A DNA stretch of 63,687 nt, filler included, from Dehalococcoidia bacterium (GCA_041494685.1; 3 parts of 3 records of this genome joined end to end with filler, not necessarily neighbours in it); one strand, 5' to 3'. Positions 17,417-26,846 are shown, numbered from the whole stretch's first letter. Made by a program: numbers and translations. The notes: generated by a model from the letters alone, not told the origin.

Positions 17417-18592
17417 CTACGCCACCGGCTCCGGCAGGAGGCGCTGGAACAGCTCGTTGCTCAGCAGGCGGCCGCGCGGCGTCAGGCGCAGGTGCGTCGC
17501 CGTGCGCTCCAGCAGGCCGTAGCCGGTGAATTCCGCGATCAGCGCTCCGTGCACCTCGTCCAGGCCGCGGCCATAGCGCGACGCGAACGCCGCCAGATCG
17601 ATGCCCTCGTTCAGCCGCAGGCCCAGGATCAGCGTATCGGCGATCGATAGCTCTGGCGTGATCTGCTCGGCGCCGTGCACATGGCGCAGCAATCCGTCGG
17701 CGGCCGCCACTGACTCGTCGACAAGTTCGGCGTAGCGGTTCGGCAGCAGCACGGTCGAGAAGCGCACGCCGTTGAGGAACGAGTGCGCGCCCGCGCCAAG
17801 GCCCAGGTACTCGCGGTTCTGCCAGTAGACGAGATTGTGGCGGCATTGCCGTCCCGGACGCGCCCAGTTCGAGATCTCGTAGTGCTCGTAGCCGTCGCGC
17901 GCGAGGCGCTCTTCCGTCCACTCGTACTGCTCCGCCTGCATGTCTGCGTCCGGCGCGGGCACGCGGCCACGCTTGACGTCGCGGGCGAGCGGCGTGTTGT
18001 CCTCGACCGTCAGCGCGTAGAGAGAGAGGTGCTCCGGCGCGAGCACCAACGCCTGCTCCAGGGTGCGCTGCCAGGCGGCCATCGACTGCTCCGGCAGGCC
18101 GTAGATGAAATCGAGGTTCACGTTGTCAAAGCCCGCCTCGCGGGCGGCGGCGAACGCTTGTCGCGCATCGTCGGCCGTGTGGATGCGGTCCAGCATCACC
18201 AGCTCTTCGTCGTCGAACGACTGCACGCCGATCGACAGGCGGTTGAGGCCGATCGAGCGCATGCCGCGCAGGTATTCCGCGCTGAGGCTGCCGGGGTTGG
18301 CTTCCATCGAGATCTCGGCGTCGGGCGCGAAATCGAATGTGGCGCGCAGGCCGTCCAGGATCTTCGCCATCTCCTCGACGGGGTTGAGGCTGGGCGTGCC
18401 GCCGCCGAAGAACACCGTCTCGACCGCGCGGCCGCGCACGGCCTCGGTCCAGAGCTTCGCGTCCTTGACGATGGTGCCTGCGTACGACGGGATCATGTGC
18501 TCGTGGCCGGCGTACGAGTTGAAGTCGCAGTAGCCGCACTTCGCGGTACAGAACGGGATGTGCAGATAGAGGCCGATGCCGCGAGAGGTCAC
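17417..18592 (-). CDS. hemW: Radical SAM heme chaperone HemW (HemN-like)
   Basis: LYLHIPFCTAKCGYCDFNS, FFGGGTPS, EANP, YEISNW, HNLVYW. Confidence 0.9.
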   Translation of the reverse strand: MTSRGIGLYLHIPFCTAKCGYCDFNSYAGHEHMIPSYAGTIVKDAKLWTEAVRGRAVETVFFGGGTPSLNPVEEMAKILDGLRATFDFAPDAEISMEANPGSLSAEYLRGMRSIGLNRLSIGVQSFDDEELVMLDRIHTADDARQAFAAAREAGFDNVNLDFIYGLPEQSMAAWQRTLEQALVLAPEHLSLYALTVEDNTPLARDVKRGRVPAPDADMQAEQYEWTEERLARDGYEHYEISNWARPGRQCRHNLVYWQNREYLGLGAGAHSFLNGVRFSTVLLPNRYAELVDESVAAADGLLRHVHGAEQITPELSIADTLILGLRLNEGIDLAAFASRYGRGLDEVHGALIAEFTGYGLLERTATHLRLTPRGRLLSNELFQRLLPEPVA

Positions 18593-18639
18593 GATTGAGG
18601 GTAGCAGTTGGCCGTCGGCGGCCGGAAGCGTTGCTGGCG

Positions 18640-19539
18640 TCAAGACACGGCGGCGAGCCAGCCGGCGGCCAGGATCGCAGCGCCAATGCCGAGGAGGCCG
18701 AAGCCGAACTGCAGCGCGCCACCGTCCCGGCGCAGCGCATAGGCCGCCATGCTGAGGGCAAGGCACGCCGCACCAAACGCCGCCGCCGGCGCGTAGATCG
18801 CCGCGTCGTAGCGGACGAGCGGCACGATCGCCGCGCTGAGCGCGAGGGCGGCGCCGAACGACGCCCAGCTGGCGATCATCGACCCGCGCGCTCCGAGGCG
18901 ATGCGCGAGGCCGCGCACGCCGTGCGCCGCGTCGGCATCGATGTCAGGGAGCGTGTTGGCGAGGTGCAGCGCCAGGCCGATCAGCGCGCCGAGCGGCAGC
19001 AGCCACCAGAGCGCGTCCCGCCACACGCCCAGCACGGTCCACACCCATAGCGGCAGCACAGGGATCGCGATCATGTACGGCACCGCGCTGAAGACGGAGC
19101 GCTTGAGGCGCACGTCGTACGCGAGGCCGCAGGCCATCCCGAGCATCGCCAGCGCGAAGCCCCCCGCACCGAGCGTCGCCGCGACGAGCGCGGCCGCCGT
19201 CACCAGCGCACACGCGGCGGCGAGCGCGACGCGTGGGGCGATGAAGCCGGCGGCGATCGGCTTCCACGGCTTCGCCGCCGCGTCGAGCGCGCGGTCGCAG
19301 TAGTCGTTCGCCACACCGATCGCCGACTGCGCAAGCAGCATCACGAGCAGCATGCGGCCCAGCAGGGACGCATCGGGCATGCCGCGCGCTGCGACGCACG
19401 ACAGCGCCGCGGTCGCAGTGACGTTCAGCAGCGTCGGGAACGGGTGCACGATGCGGGCAGCGCGCAGCCAGCGCGCAGCGCCGTGCGGAGCGGGCGCGCG
19501 CGGCGGTGCGACCGGAAGCGTCAGGATGGGGGTCCGCAT
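18640..19539 (-). CDS. UbiA family prenyltransferase
   Basis: NDYCDRALD..AKPWKPI, NTLPDIDAD..GV aspartate-rich motifs; polytopic. Confidence 0.85.
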   Translation of the reverse strand: MRTPILTLPVAPPRAPAPHGAARWLRAARIVHPFPTLLNVTATAALSCVAARGMPDASLLGRMLLVMLLAQSAIGVANDYCDRALDAAAKPWKPIAAGFIAPRVALAAACALVTAAALVAATLGAGGFALAMLGMACGLAYDVRLKRSVFSAVPYMIAIPVLPLWVWTVLGVWRDALWWLLPLGALIGLALHLANTLPDIDADAAHGVRGLAHRLGARGSMIASWASFGAALALSAAIVPLVRYDAAIYAPAAAFGAACLALSMAAYALRRDGGALQFGFGLLGIGAAILAAGWLAAVS

Positions 19540-19642
19540 GCGCCGTCTCCCGCGGTACTCTCGCTGATCATACTCCTCCGCGGCGCGCGTGGATGTCGCA
19601 TGTCGGTACCGTCACAACCGCGCCAAGTAGACGGACGGCATC

Positions 19643-19671
19643 TTGACACACTACGGATTCCGCAATATGGT
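19643..19671 (+). promoter_or_regulatory. Sigma-70-type promoter
   Basis: TTGACA-N17-TATGGT. Confidence 0.75.
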
Positions 19672-19732
19672 GGATCGGTCCGGACGTGTTCCGGGCCCAT
19701 GAGCGACTCCGTAGTGATAAGGAGGTCTTCTC

Positions 19733-19774
19733 ATGAACAACCGCATCCGGTGGGGTATCTGGCAGGTCGACTGA
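19733..19774 (+). CDS. Putative 13-aa leader/micropeptide MNNRIRWGIWQVD
   Basis: SD TAAGGAGGT 6 nt before ATG, downstream of a consensus promoter. Confidence 0.55.
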   Translation: MNNRIRWGIWQVD

Positions 19775-19927
19775 CTAGCCCTGTTCCCGTGGGGCAGGGC
19801 GCGCCGACCAGGCAGGCTCCACACAGTCTGTGGGCATCGGGACGCCAATTTGAGCGCTTTTCCCAACCATGACGGAGGTTACCCGTTCTGGAGCCTGCTG
19901 GAGATCCCGGTTCAAATATCCGTACGT

Positions 19928-19959
19928 GAAAAGGCTTTCCGAAGCGGAGAGCCTTTTTC
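19928..19959 (+). terminator. Intrinsic terminator (possibly bidirectional) just before pyrE-like gene
   Basis: GAAAAGGCTTTCCG-AAG-CGGAGAGCCTTTTTC. Confidence 0.75.
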
Positions 19960-19973
19960 CATGCGCGTGACTG

Positions 19974-20624
19974 ATGCCTGAAGACCTGACCAGCCAGTCC
20001 AACCTGTGGCTCGCTGACACGCTCTGGCGCCTGGGTGCCGTGCAGTTCGGCGACTTCACGCTCGGACGCACCACCGTCAACTCCCCGATTCACGTCAACC
20101 TGCGCCTGCTCATCGCGCATCCCACCGCGCTCGCGCGCGCCGCGCACATCGTGCTGCAGGAGGTGCAGACGCTCCAGTCGATGCGCCACCCGCAGGTGGA
20201 CCCGTTCGACCTGGTATGCGGCGTCCCGTTCGGCGGGCTGGTCGTCGCGGAGGCGTTCTCGCTGACCTCGAAGATCCCGCTGATCTACCCGCACCCGCAC
20301 ACCGACGACCTGGAGTCGGACGTGGAGGGGCTGTATCACCCCAGCCAGACGGCGCTGATCATGGACGACCTGATCACCGGCGGCGGCAGCATCATCGTCG
20401 CGGCGAACCGGCTGCGCGACGAAGGACTCTTCGTGCGCGACGCGGTCGTCCTGTTCGACCGACAGTCGGGCGGCCACGCGAAACTGGAAGAGCACGGGAT
20501 CCGGCTTGTGTCGGTGCTGACGTTGGAAGTGCTGCTCACCTACCTGCGGTCGAGCGGCAAGATCGGCGACGACTGGTACCGGAAGAGCATGGCGTTCTTC
20601 GAGGCGCACCGCCCGCGCGACTGA
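19974..20624 (+). CDS. Orotate phosphoribosyltransferase-like PRTase
   Basis: VQFGDFTL, SPIHVNLR, GVPFGG, MDDLITGGGS, VLFDR. Confidence 0.8.
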   Translation: MPEDLTSQSNLWLADTLWRLGAVQFGDFTLGRTTVNSPIHVNLRLLIAHPTALARAAHIVLQEVQTLQSMRHPQVDPFDLVCGVPFGGLVVAEAFSLTSKIPLIYPHPHTDDLESDVEGLYHPSQTALIMDDLITGGGSIIVAANRLRDEGLFVRDAVVLFDRQSGGHAKLEEHGIRLVSVLTLEVLLTYLRSSGKIGDDWYRKSMAFFEAHRPRD

Positions 20625-20640
20625 ATCGCCGGCCGCGCTG

Positions 20641-20856
20641 CTACAACAGGCGGCGGATCGGCTTACGGCCCGGGCGCGGGTCGTAGTTCGACTTGAACAT
20701 CTCGAGCTTGTCGCGCTCGATGAGGTACTTCCCCGCAAAGAGGACGGCAGGGACTTTCTTCTGCTTGATCAGCCGGCGCAGGCTCTGGGGATGGATGTTG
20801 AGAAGCCGCGCCGCCTCGACGAGGTCCAGATAATTCTCGAACGGGCTCGTGACCAT
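20641..20856 (-). CDS. Small excisionase-like HTH DNA-binding protein
   Basis: YLDLVEAARLLNIHPQSLRRLIKQKKVPA...GKYLI. Confidence 0.8.
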   Translation of the reverse strand: MVTSPFENYLDLVEAARLLNIHPQSLRRLIKQKKVPAVLFAGKYLIERDKLEMFKSNYDPRPGRKPIRRLL

Positions 20857-20930
20857 GCCACGCCCTCAACCTATAACACGCTATATCAGATGAGTGATTG
20901 TATCACGCGCGGCGCGGCACTGGTAGTGCG

Positions 20931-21419
20931 TTATGTAGTGTTTTTTCTGCCGCGCCCGAACGGCCACCGCCGCTTCCCTGCCGCCTGTTCCGCCGTCGCC
21001 CGGTCAGCCGCCGCCGCGCCGCTTACTGCGCGCTCCATGCGGCGATGCAGCATCACCATCGCCTCGGCGACATCCAGCGCCGCTTCGGCATCCTCCAACA
21101 GCGCTGGGAACAGCGCGAGCGCAGTCTGAGTGAACTCCGGTACCGTGCCCGGCCGCCCGTCGCGCATATGGTGGCCCCGCAGCTCCGTCGAGCAGCCGTA
21201 GATCGCCGAGAGCAGCTTGCGGTACTGGGCGGCGTCCAACTCGATCACGGCGTCGCCGCCGCGCTGCGCTGCGAGCGCATCGTACACGGCGCGCAGCCCG
21301 CGTTCGACGGGCCGTTTCGTATCCGGATCGAGCTCGGAGCCGGGACGGCCCAAGTGGTATACCAGCGCCAGCTCGACCAGCCGCGGTTCGTCGTGCGTCA
21401 GCTTCAGCGCGAACGTCAT
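20931..21419 (-). CDS. Hypothetical protein
   Basis: MTFALKLTHDE...; TACACT 7 nt before ATG 21419; protein-like composition. Confidence 0.6.
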   Translation of the reverse strand: MTFALKLTHDEPRLVELALVYHLGRPGSELDPDTKRPVERGLRAVYDALAAQRGGDAVIELDAAQYRKLLSAIYGCSTELRGHHMRDGRPGTVPEFTQTALALFPALLEDAEAALDVAEAMVMLHRRMERAVSGAAAADRATAEQAAGKRRWPFGRGRKNTT

Positions 21420-21583
21420 CGCCGCCAGTGTAGCCGCCTCGGCCACGCCGAATCGGCAGGCGGCAGGCAATTCGGCGATCGCGCGCGACGTGCAGACGCC
21501 CCCGCCGTGGCGAGGGCGTCTGCGTCGTGTCTCGGTTTCGGCGCCGACGGCGTCAGATGGCGCCAGCCAAGGGCGAGCCGCGG

Positions 21584-21682
21584 CTACCCCTTGTGCTTGC
21601 GTTGCCAGCGCGTCTTCTTGAGCATCTTGCGGTGCTTGTGCTTGCGCATCTTCTTGCGCCGCTTCTTCACCACCGAACTCAT
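21584..21682 (-). CDS. 30S ribosomal protein bS22 (AURKAIP1/COX24 domain), 32 aa
   Basis: MSSVVKKRRKKMRKHKHRKMLKKTRWQRKHKG, SD GAGGAGG; below ORF-track cutoff. Confidence 0.9.
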   Translation of the reverse strand: MSSVVKKRRKKMRKHKHRKMLKKTRWQRKHKG

Positions 21683-22001
21683 ACGCGTTCCTCCTCTGCA
21701 CCCGCTCCGGGCTTCGTGGCCCGTGCGGGCCGTCTGGCACGATCATGGCGGCGGGCGCGCAGGCTCCGCCCGCCGTCAGGGTGCGGCCGCGCCGTCCCTG
21801 CGCCCCGGTAATGGGGGCAGCGCGCAGTATACCCCAGCGATTGCGCAAACACGAGACGCCGCGAAGCTGTACGCTGTTGTTGGCCGCAGCTCCTGTGATA
21901 GAATCGTCGCAGAAGCCGGACCGGCCGCATCGCATGGGGACCGTGGGGTCCGCTGCACGCGACCGGAGCGGCTCATTTTGTCGTAGGGAGGATCAATCCA
22001 G

Positions 22002-23564
22002 TTGACCGAATTCAGTAGCGGCGGAGTCGCAAACCCCGAGGTCGAGGCGGCCAGCGACGAAGTCTTCACCATGCAACACTGGCTGGACTCAGGCACGGAC
22101 TTCAAGACGCTCCGCCGAGGCGAAGTGGTCGAAGGCACGATCATGGGGATCCAGCGCGACGGCGTGATCGTCGATCTCGGATCAAAATCCGAGGGCGTGA
22201 TCCCGCCGCACGAGATGCACTCGATGGGCGCGGACCCGATGAGCAAGGTCGCGGTCGGCGAGAAGATCCTCGTGTACGTCATGCAGCCGGAGGCGGACCA
22301 GGGCCAGGTGGTGCTGTCCGTCGATCGCGCGCGCGGCGAGCGCGGCTGGCGCGTACTGCAGACGCGGTTCGAGGAGGGCGAGGCGTTCGACGGCGAGGTC
22401 ACCGGCTACAACAAGGGTGGCCTGCTGGTGAACGTCGAGGGCGTCTCCGCGTTCGTGCCGTTGTCGCAGGTCGTGGGCGTACGCCCGGATCAGGACGGCG
22501 AGGGCGGACTGGCGTCGGCCGTCGGCAAGCAGCTGCGGCTCAAGGTCATTGAGATCAACCGCCGGCGCAACCGCGTCATCCTGTCGGAGCGCGCGGCGCT
22601 CCAGGAGTGGCGCTCGCAGCAGAAGGACCGCCTGCTGGCGGAGTTGAAGGAAGGCGAAGTCCGCAAGGGCCGCGTCTCCAGCGTGCGCAGCTTCGGTGTG
22701 TTCATCGACCTCGGCGGCGCCGATGGCCTGGCGCACCTGAGCGAGGTCTCATGGGATCGCAACAAGTCGCCCGAGGAGATGTACCGCGTCGGCGATGAGG
22801 TCGACGTATACGTGATGAAGGTCGACCCGGAGACGAAGAAGATCGCGCTGTCGTTGCGCCGAGCGCAGCCGGAGCAGTGGGACCTGATCGTCGACAAGTA
22901 CCAGGTCGGCCGCGTCGTGGTCGGCATGGTCACCAAGCTCGTGACGTTCGGTGCGTTCGCGCGCATCGAGGGTCCCGTCGAGGGCCTGATCCACGTGTCC
23001 GAGCTGGTGGACCGCCGCATCGCGCACCCGAAGGAAGTGGTGCGCGAAGGCGACCTGCTGCCGCTGAAGATCGTCCGCATCGAGCGCGACCGGCACCGCC
23101 TGGGGCTGAGCCTTCGCGACGCCCGGGACGAGGGCACGCGCATGGGCTTCACGTTCAACGACACCGGCGAGGTGATCGCGGTGCCGGACGACCTGCGCAA
23201 GGAGTTCGAGGAGCGCGAGGGCGTGACGGTGCCGCCGCGCGAGCCGCGCGAAGAGAGCGAGACTCCGGCCGCCGTGACCGCCTTCGCCCCCGCCGCCGAC
23301 GGTGACGAGGCAGCCGCGGCCGCCGCGCCGCCGCCCCCCCCACCGCCCGCAGCGCCGCCTGTCGCGCAGGAGCCGGTGCGATCGGCGATGGCGGAGGCGT
23401 TCGCCGCGGCCTCGGCCGCGGCCGCCGGCACGACGGATGCTGTTCCGGCGGAGACCGTCGCCACGGATGTGGCAGCCGAAGAGAGCGTCGCCGATGCGCC
23501 GGCGGACGGGCCTGCCGAAGAGAGCATCGCCGATACATCGGCGGACGCGCCTGCCGAAGAGTAA
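22002..23564 (+). CDS. rpsA: 30S ribosomal protein S1 (4 S1 repeats plus acidic Ala/Pro tail)
   Basis: KSEGVIP, NKGGLLV, FGVFIDLGGADGLAHLSE, FGAFARIEG..EGLIHVSE; TTG start with SD. Confidence 0.93.
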   Translation: MTEFSSGGVANPEVEAASDEVFTMQHWLDSGTDFKTLRRGEVVEGTIMGIQRDGVIVDLGSKSEGVIPPHEMHSMGADPMSKVAVGEKILVYVMQPEADQGQVVLSVDRARGERGWRVLQTRFEEGEAFDGEVTGYNKGGLLVNVEGVSAFVPLSQVVGVRPDQDGEGGLASAVGKQLRLKVIEINRRRNRVILSERAALQEWRSQQKDRLLAELKEGEVRKGRVSSVRSFGVFIDLGGADGLAHLSEVSWDRNKSPEEMYRVGDEVDVYVMKVDPETKKIALSLRRAQPEQWDLIVDKYQVGRVVVGMVTKLVTFGAFARIEGPVEGLIHVSELVDRRIAHPKEVVREGDLLPLKIVRIERDRHRLGLSLRDARDEGTRMGFTFNDTGEVIAVPDDLRKEFEEREGVTVPPREPREESETPAAVTAFAPAADGDEAAAAAAPPPPPPPAAPPVAQEPVRSAMAEAFAAASAAAAGTTDAVPAETVATDVAAEESVADAPADGPAEESIADTSADAPAEE

Positions 23565-23775
23565 GAGCGTCGCGAACGCGACACGAATGCCAGGTCCGGC
23601 CGCCCGGGGCGGCCGCGTGAAATCAGGGGGAACACCGGTCGAGAGGTCACTGATAGCGCCCGACCATGCTATCAGCAACGGTTCTGAAACACGCCTGTAG
23701 CACGCTCCTACTAGACTTGCCCGCATCGGGTGTGGTAGATTGGTTATAGAGAGTTAGCAATTCTTCTGGAGCGCT

Positions 23776-24214
23776 ATGATGGCTGACAGATTCGACAAGT
23801 TCACAGAGCGCGCACGCCGGGTCCTGACGCTGGCCCAGGAAGAGGCCCAGCGGTTCAACCACAACTACATCGGTACGGAGCACCTGCTGCTGGGCCTCGT
23901 CCGCGAGGGCGACGGCGTCGCCGCCAAAGTGCTGGCCAACCTGGGCGTTGAGCTCAACAAGGTCCGCTCGGCGGTCGAGTTCATCATCGGCCGGGGCGAC
24001 CGCGCCGTCCTCGGCGAGATCGGCCTGACCCCGCGCGCCAAGAAGGTCATCGAGCTGGCCGTCGACGAGGCGCGCCGGCTCAACCACCACTACATCGGCA
24101 CCGAGCACCTGCTTCTGGGTCTCGTCCGCGAGGGCGAAGGCATCGCGGCGGGCGTGCTGGAGAGCCTGGGCGTCAACCTCGAGCGCGTCCGCGCCGAGAC
24201 GACGCGCATCCTCT
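23776..24214 (+). CDS. clpC: ClpC-type ATPase, N-terminal Clp repeats (cut by assembly gap)
   Basis: DKFTERARRVLTLAQEEA..NHNYIGTEHLLLGL, repeated twice. Confidence 0.85.
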
Positions 24215-24314
24215 NNNNNNNNNNNNNNNNNNNNNNNNNNNNNNNNNNNNNNNNNNNNTTAATTAATTAANNNNNNNNNNNNNNNNNNNNNNNNNNNNNN
24301 NNNNNNNNNNNNNN
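24215..24314. other. Artificial contig spacer
   Basis: N runs flanking TTAATTAATTAA (stops in all six frames). Confidence 0.97.
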
Positions 24315-24862
24315 AGGTGCTGCATGTGCCACGGGTACCACGCGATGCGCTGCGCCTTCGCCAGCGTGCCCGGCACGTGCCGCAGCCCGTTCGCCAGGTC
24401 CACGTCGAGCGGGTGATGCACGTTCGCCACCACGGCCCGCCCCACGACGGAGCGCATCAGCAGGACGCCGTAGCTCAGCGTCTGGTTGTCGTGCACGATG
24501 TCGAACGCCCCGCCCTCGGCCTCCAGCCGCTTCAGCTCGTGCAGCGCCCGCATCGCGAACACGTTGATCAGCGACGAGAACGTCAGCCGCGTCGTCGCGA
24601 ACTCGAAGAAGTTCACCGGGTGCAGATGCGTCAGCGGCGGGCGCTTGCCGAAGTACCCCACGCGGTCCATCAGCATCGACTGGAAGCTGTGCGTCACCAG
24701 CCGGTGGTGGCGCACGGCCGGGTCCAGGGCAGGGTACGGTGGCCCCGAGATCACGTGCACCTCGTGGCCCAGCCGCGACAGCTCGCGCGTCACGTTGGCC
24801 AGGTACACGCCCTGCCCGCCCGACTCCATCGAGCCGTGGTACATCAGGAAACAGACGCGAAT
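24315..24862 (-). CDS. GT4 glycosyltransferase, N-terminal part (probable ATT start; cut by gap)
   Basis: RVCFLMY..GGQGVY, GHEVHVISGPPYP, FDIVHDNQ; SD GGAGGT 6 nt before ATT; own -10 TATAGT. Confidence 0.8.
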
Positions 24863-24980
24863 CGCGGCACCTCCGCCCGTCCAAACACGCGGACTATAGC
24901 GGATGCCGATCCCGGACGAGCCGCCGGGCACGCGAGCGTAGCGGACCGGGATGAGCGCGAGAAATCGCGGGCAACGAAAC

Positions 24981-25108
24981 GCCCCGAGTAACCTCGCTGC
25001 CGGCCCGGTTTCATCCTCCCCCGGTTCCTCGGTTCTGCAAGGACTTTCGCCCTCGCCTACTACGTCTCTCCGGGTTCGTCCGCCGGGCCGCGCTTAACTA
25101 CTCGGGAC
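24981..25108 (-). ncRNA. Candidate 128-nt structured ncRNA, family unassigned
   Basis: Starts 7 nt after a consensus promoter; 5' and 3' ends pair; nested stems with G-U pairs favour the minus strand; GAAA tetraloop. Confidence 0.7.
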
Positions 25109-25115
25109 AAGAGCT

Positions 25116-25144
25116 ACGTTATCAGCAGCCCGGAAGGCTGTCAA
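25116..25144 (-). promoter_or_regulatory. Sigma-70-type promoter of candidate ncRNA
   Basis: TTGACA-N17-TAACGT with TGn extended -10. Confidence 0.75.
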
Positions 25145-25320
25145 TCGCGTTATGACGACATCGCGATTGATCTTTTCGCATAACGCGGCGCCACCTATCG
25201 ACAGTTGACCGATCCGCCCCGTTATGCCGAGCAGGCGCGAGGCGCACTCGCTCCGCGACAACGTTGACCACTGGACAACCCGCTTCTAGCAGGTACTATG
25301 GAGATAGGATCGGAGGCATC

Positions 25321-25473
25321 ATGATCCATCGAATCATCCTGGCCGTGGTCGTTGCGCTCGTCGTCCTTGCCGTCCTTTCGGTCGTCTTCGGGATCGTGAC
25401 GTTCGTGGGCTCCAACGAGTCACCCGTGACGACTGTTTCAACGGCCGTTCCGTCACCGACGGTGTCGCATTAG
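25321..25473 (+). CDS. Small single-TM protein (50 aa)
   Basis: SD GGAGG, hydrophobic helix, Ser/Thr/Pro tail. Confidence 0.55.
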   Translation: MIHRIILAVVVALVVLAVLSVVFGIVTFVGSNESPVTTVSTAVPSPTVSH

Positions 25474-25737
25474 CTGCAATCCACCGACCGGCCACATTCA
25501 GATGCGCCAACGTGACCGTGCTGGCAAGCGCCGTGTGGGCGAGCGCTGCACTGGCGCTGGACAGCGACGCGCAGTTGCGCATCATCGCGGACAAGCTGAA
25601 CGCCCGCTGCACTGAATTACGTCCCCTGCCTGCGACGCCCGGCTCGCCCGCCTCAACCGCTTCTGCCGCCGCCTGATCCACATCGCGCCCGCACGCACTC
25701 CCTGCGCCTCCCCGCCCTCCCCCGCTAGACTGCGCCC

Positions 25738-26826
25738 GTGAAGAAGATCCGTTTCGACCGCGCCGACGGCCGCTACCTCTACTGGTACGCGTTCGACGCC
25801 CCGCCGCCGCAGCTGCTCCACGCCGGCGAGCAGGAGCGCGGCCGCGACCAGATCGAACTCCGCTGGAACGCCCTCCTCGGCGAGCAGGTGATCGTCTCCA
25901 CCGGCCGCCAGGCCCGCACCTTCCTCCCCCCCGACGAGCACTGCCCCCTCTGCCCCACCGCCGCCGCCGGCGCGTTCGCCACCGAGATCCCCTCCGCCGA
26001 CTACGAGATCGCCGTCTTCGAGAACCGCTTCCCCAGCTTCCGCCCCGACGCACCCACCGTCGCCGACGATTCGCCGCTGGAGCGCCGCACGCAAGCGCTC
26101 GGTGCCTGCGAGGTGATCGTCTACGCGCCCCAGCATGACGCCGCGCTCGGCTCGCTCACCGAGCGCCAGGTGCGGAACCTCATCGACGTCTGGGCGGACC
26201 GCTACGACGAGCTGTCCGCGCGGCCCGACGTCGCCTACGTCTTCATCTTCGAGAACCGCGGCAAGGAGATCGGCGTCACGCTGACGCACCCCCACGGCCA
26301 GATCTACGCCTTCCCGTTCATCCCGCCGCACGTCGAGCAGGAGCAGCGCGCCGCCGCCGACCACCACGCCCGCACCGGCCGCTGCGTCGTCTGCGACGCC
26401 GTCGCCGCCGAGGTGGCGGACGGGCGCCGCATCGTCGCCGAGGACGAGGGCTTCGTCGCCTACGTGCCGTTCGCCGCGCGCATGCCGTACGAGGTGCACG
26501 TCGCGCCCGTGGCGCACCGCCCGTCGCTGCGCGAGCTCAGCCCCGGCCAGCGCGCCCGCCTCGCCCGCCTGCTCCGCACCGTCCAGCAGAAGTACGACAA
26601 CCTCTGGGGTTTCCCGATGCCCTACACCATGTCGATGCACCAGCGCGCCGCCGACGGCGTCCCCCGTCCCGGCGAGCACCTGCACATCGAGTTCCTGCCG
26701 CCGTACCGCACGCGGGACAAGCTCAAGTACCTCGCCGGCGTCGAGACCGGCGCCGGCACCTTCATCAACGACACCGCGCCCGAAGAGAAGGCGCGCGAGC
26801 TGCGCGAGGCCTCGCCACGGACGTAG
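25738..26826 (+). CDS. galT: Galactose-1-phosphate uridylyltransferase
   Basis: CPLCP, FENRFP, FENRGKEIGVTLTHPHGQIY, KYLAGVE. Confidence 0.92.
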   Translation: MKKIRFDRADGRYLYWYAFDAPPPQLLHAGEQERGRDQIELRWNALLGEQVIVSTGRQARTFLPPDEHCPLCPTAAAGAFATEIPSADYEIAVFENRFPSFRPDAPTVADDSPLERRTQALGACEVIVYAPQHDAALGSLTERQVRNLIDVWADRYDELSARPDVAYVFIFENRGKEIGVTLTHPHGQIYAFPFIPPHVEQEQRAAADHHARTGRCVVCDAVAAEVADGRRIVAEDEGFVAYVPFAARMPYEVHVAPVAHRPSLRELSPGQRARLARLLRTVQQKYDNLWGFPMPYTMSMHQRAADGVPRPGEHLHIEFLPPYRTRDKLKYLAGVETGAGTFINDTAPEEKARELREASPRT

Positions 26827-26846
26827 CCGTACCGCACGAGCAGCGC

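Noticed and set aside
17417..19774. RiPP cluster (Trp peptide plus UbiA prenyltransferase plus radical SAM)
   Set aside because: The radical SAM protein has housekeeping HemW motifs, the peptide has no leader/core layout, and no protease or exporter is adjacent
19900..19925. tRNA/tmRNA-like T-loop (GGTTCAAAT)
   Set aside because: No matching T-stem, acceptor stem or CCA end
20641..20856. Prophage or ICE excisionase marking a mobile element
   Set aside because: No integrase, att site or GC shift nearby; more likely a stand-alone regulator
24215..24314. TTAATTAATTAA palindrome within N runs (also 48038-48137)
   Set aside because: Identical 100-nt artificial linker; the truncations of clpC, GT4, cofD and the ORF starting at 48010 are assembly artefacts, not pseudogenes
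24981..25108. T-box leader, SRP RNA or hammerhead ribozyme
   Set aside because: No UGGNACC antiterminator, no SRP CAGG/GGAA/AGCA loop, no CUGANGA core inside the transcript
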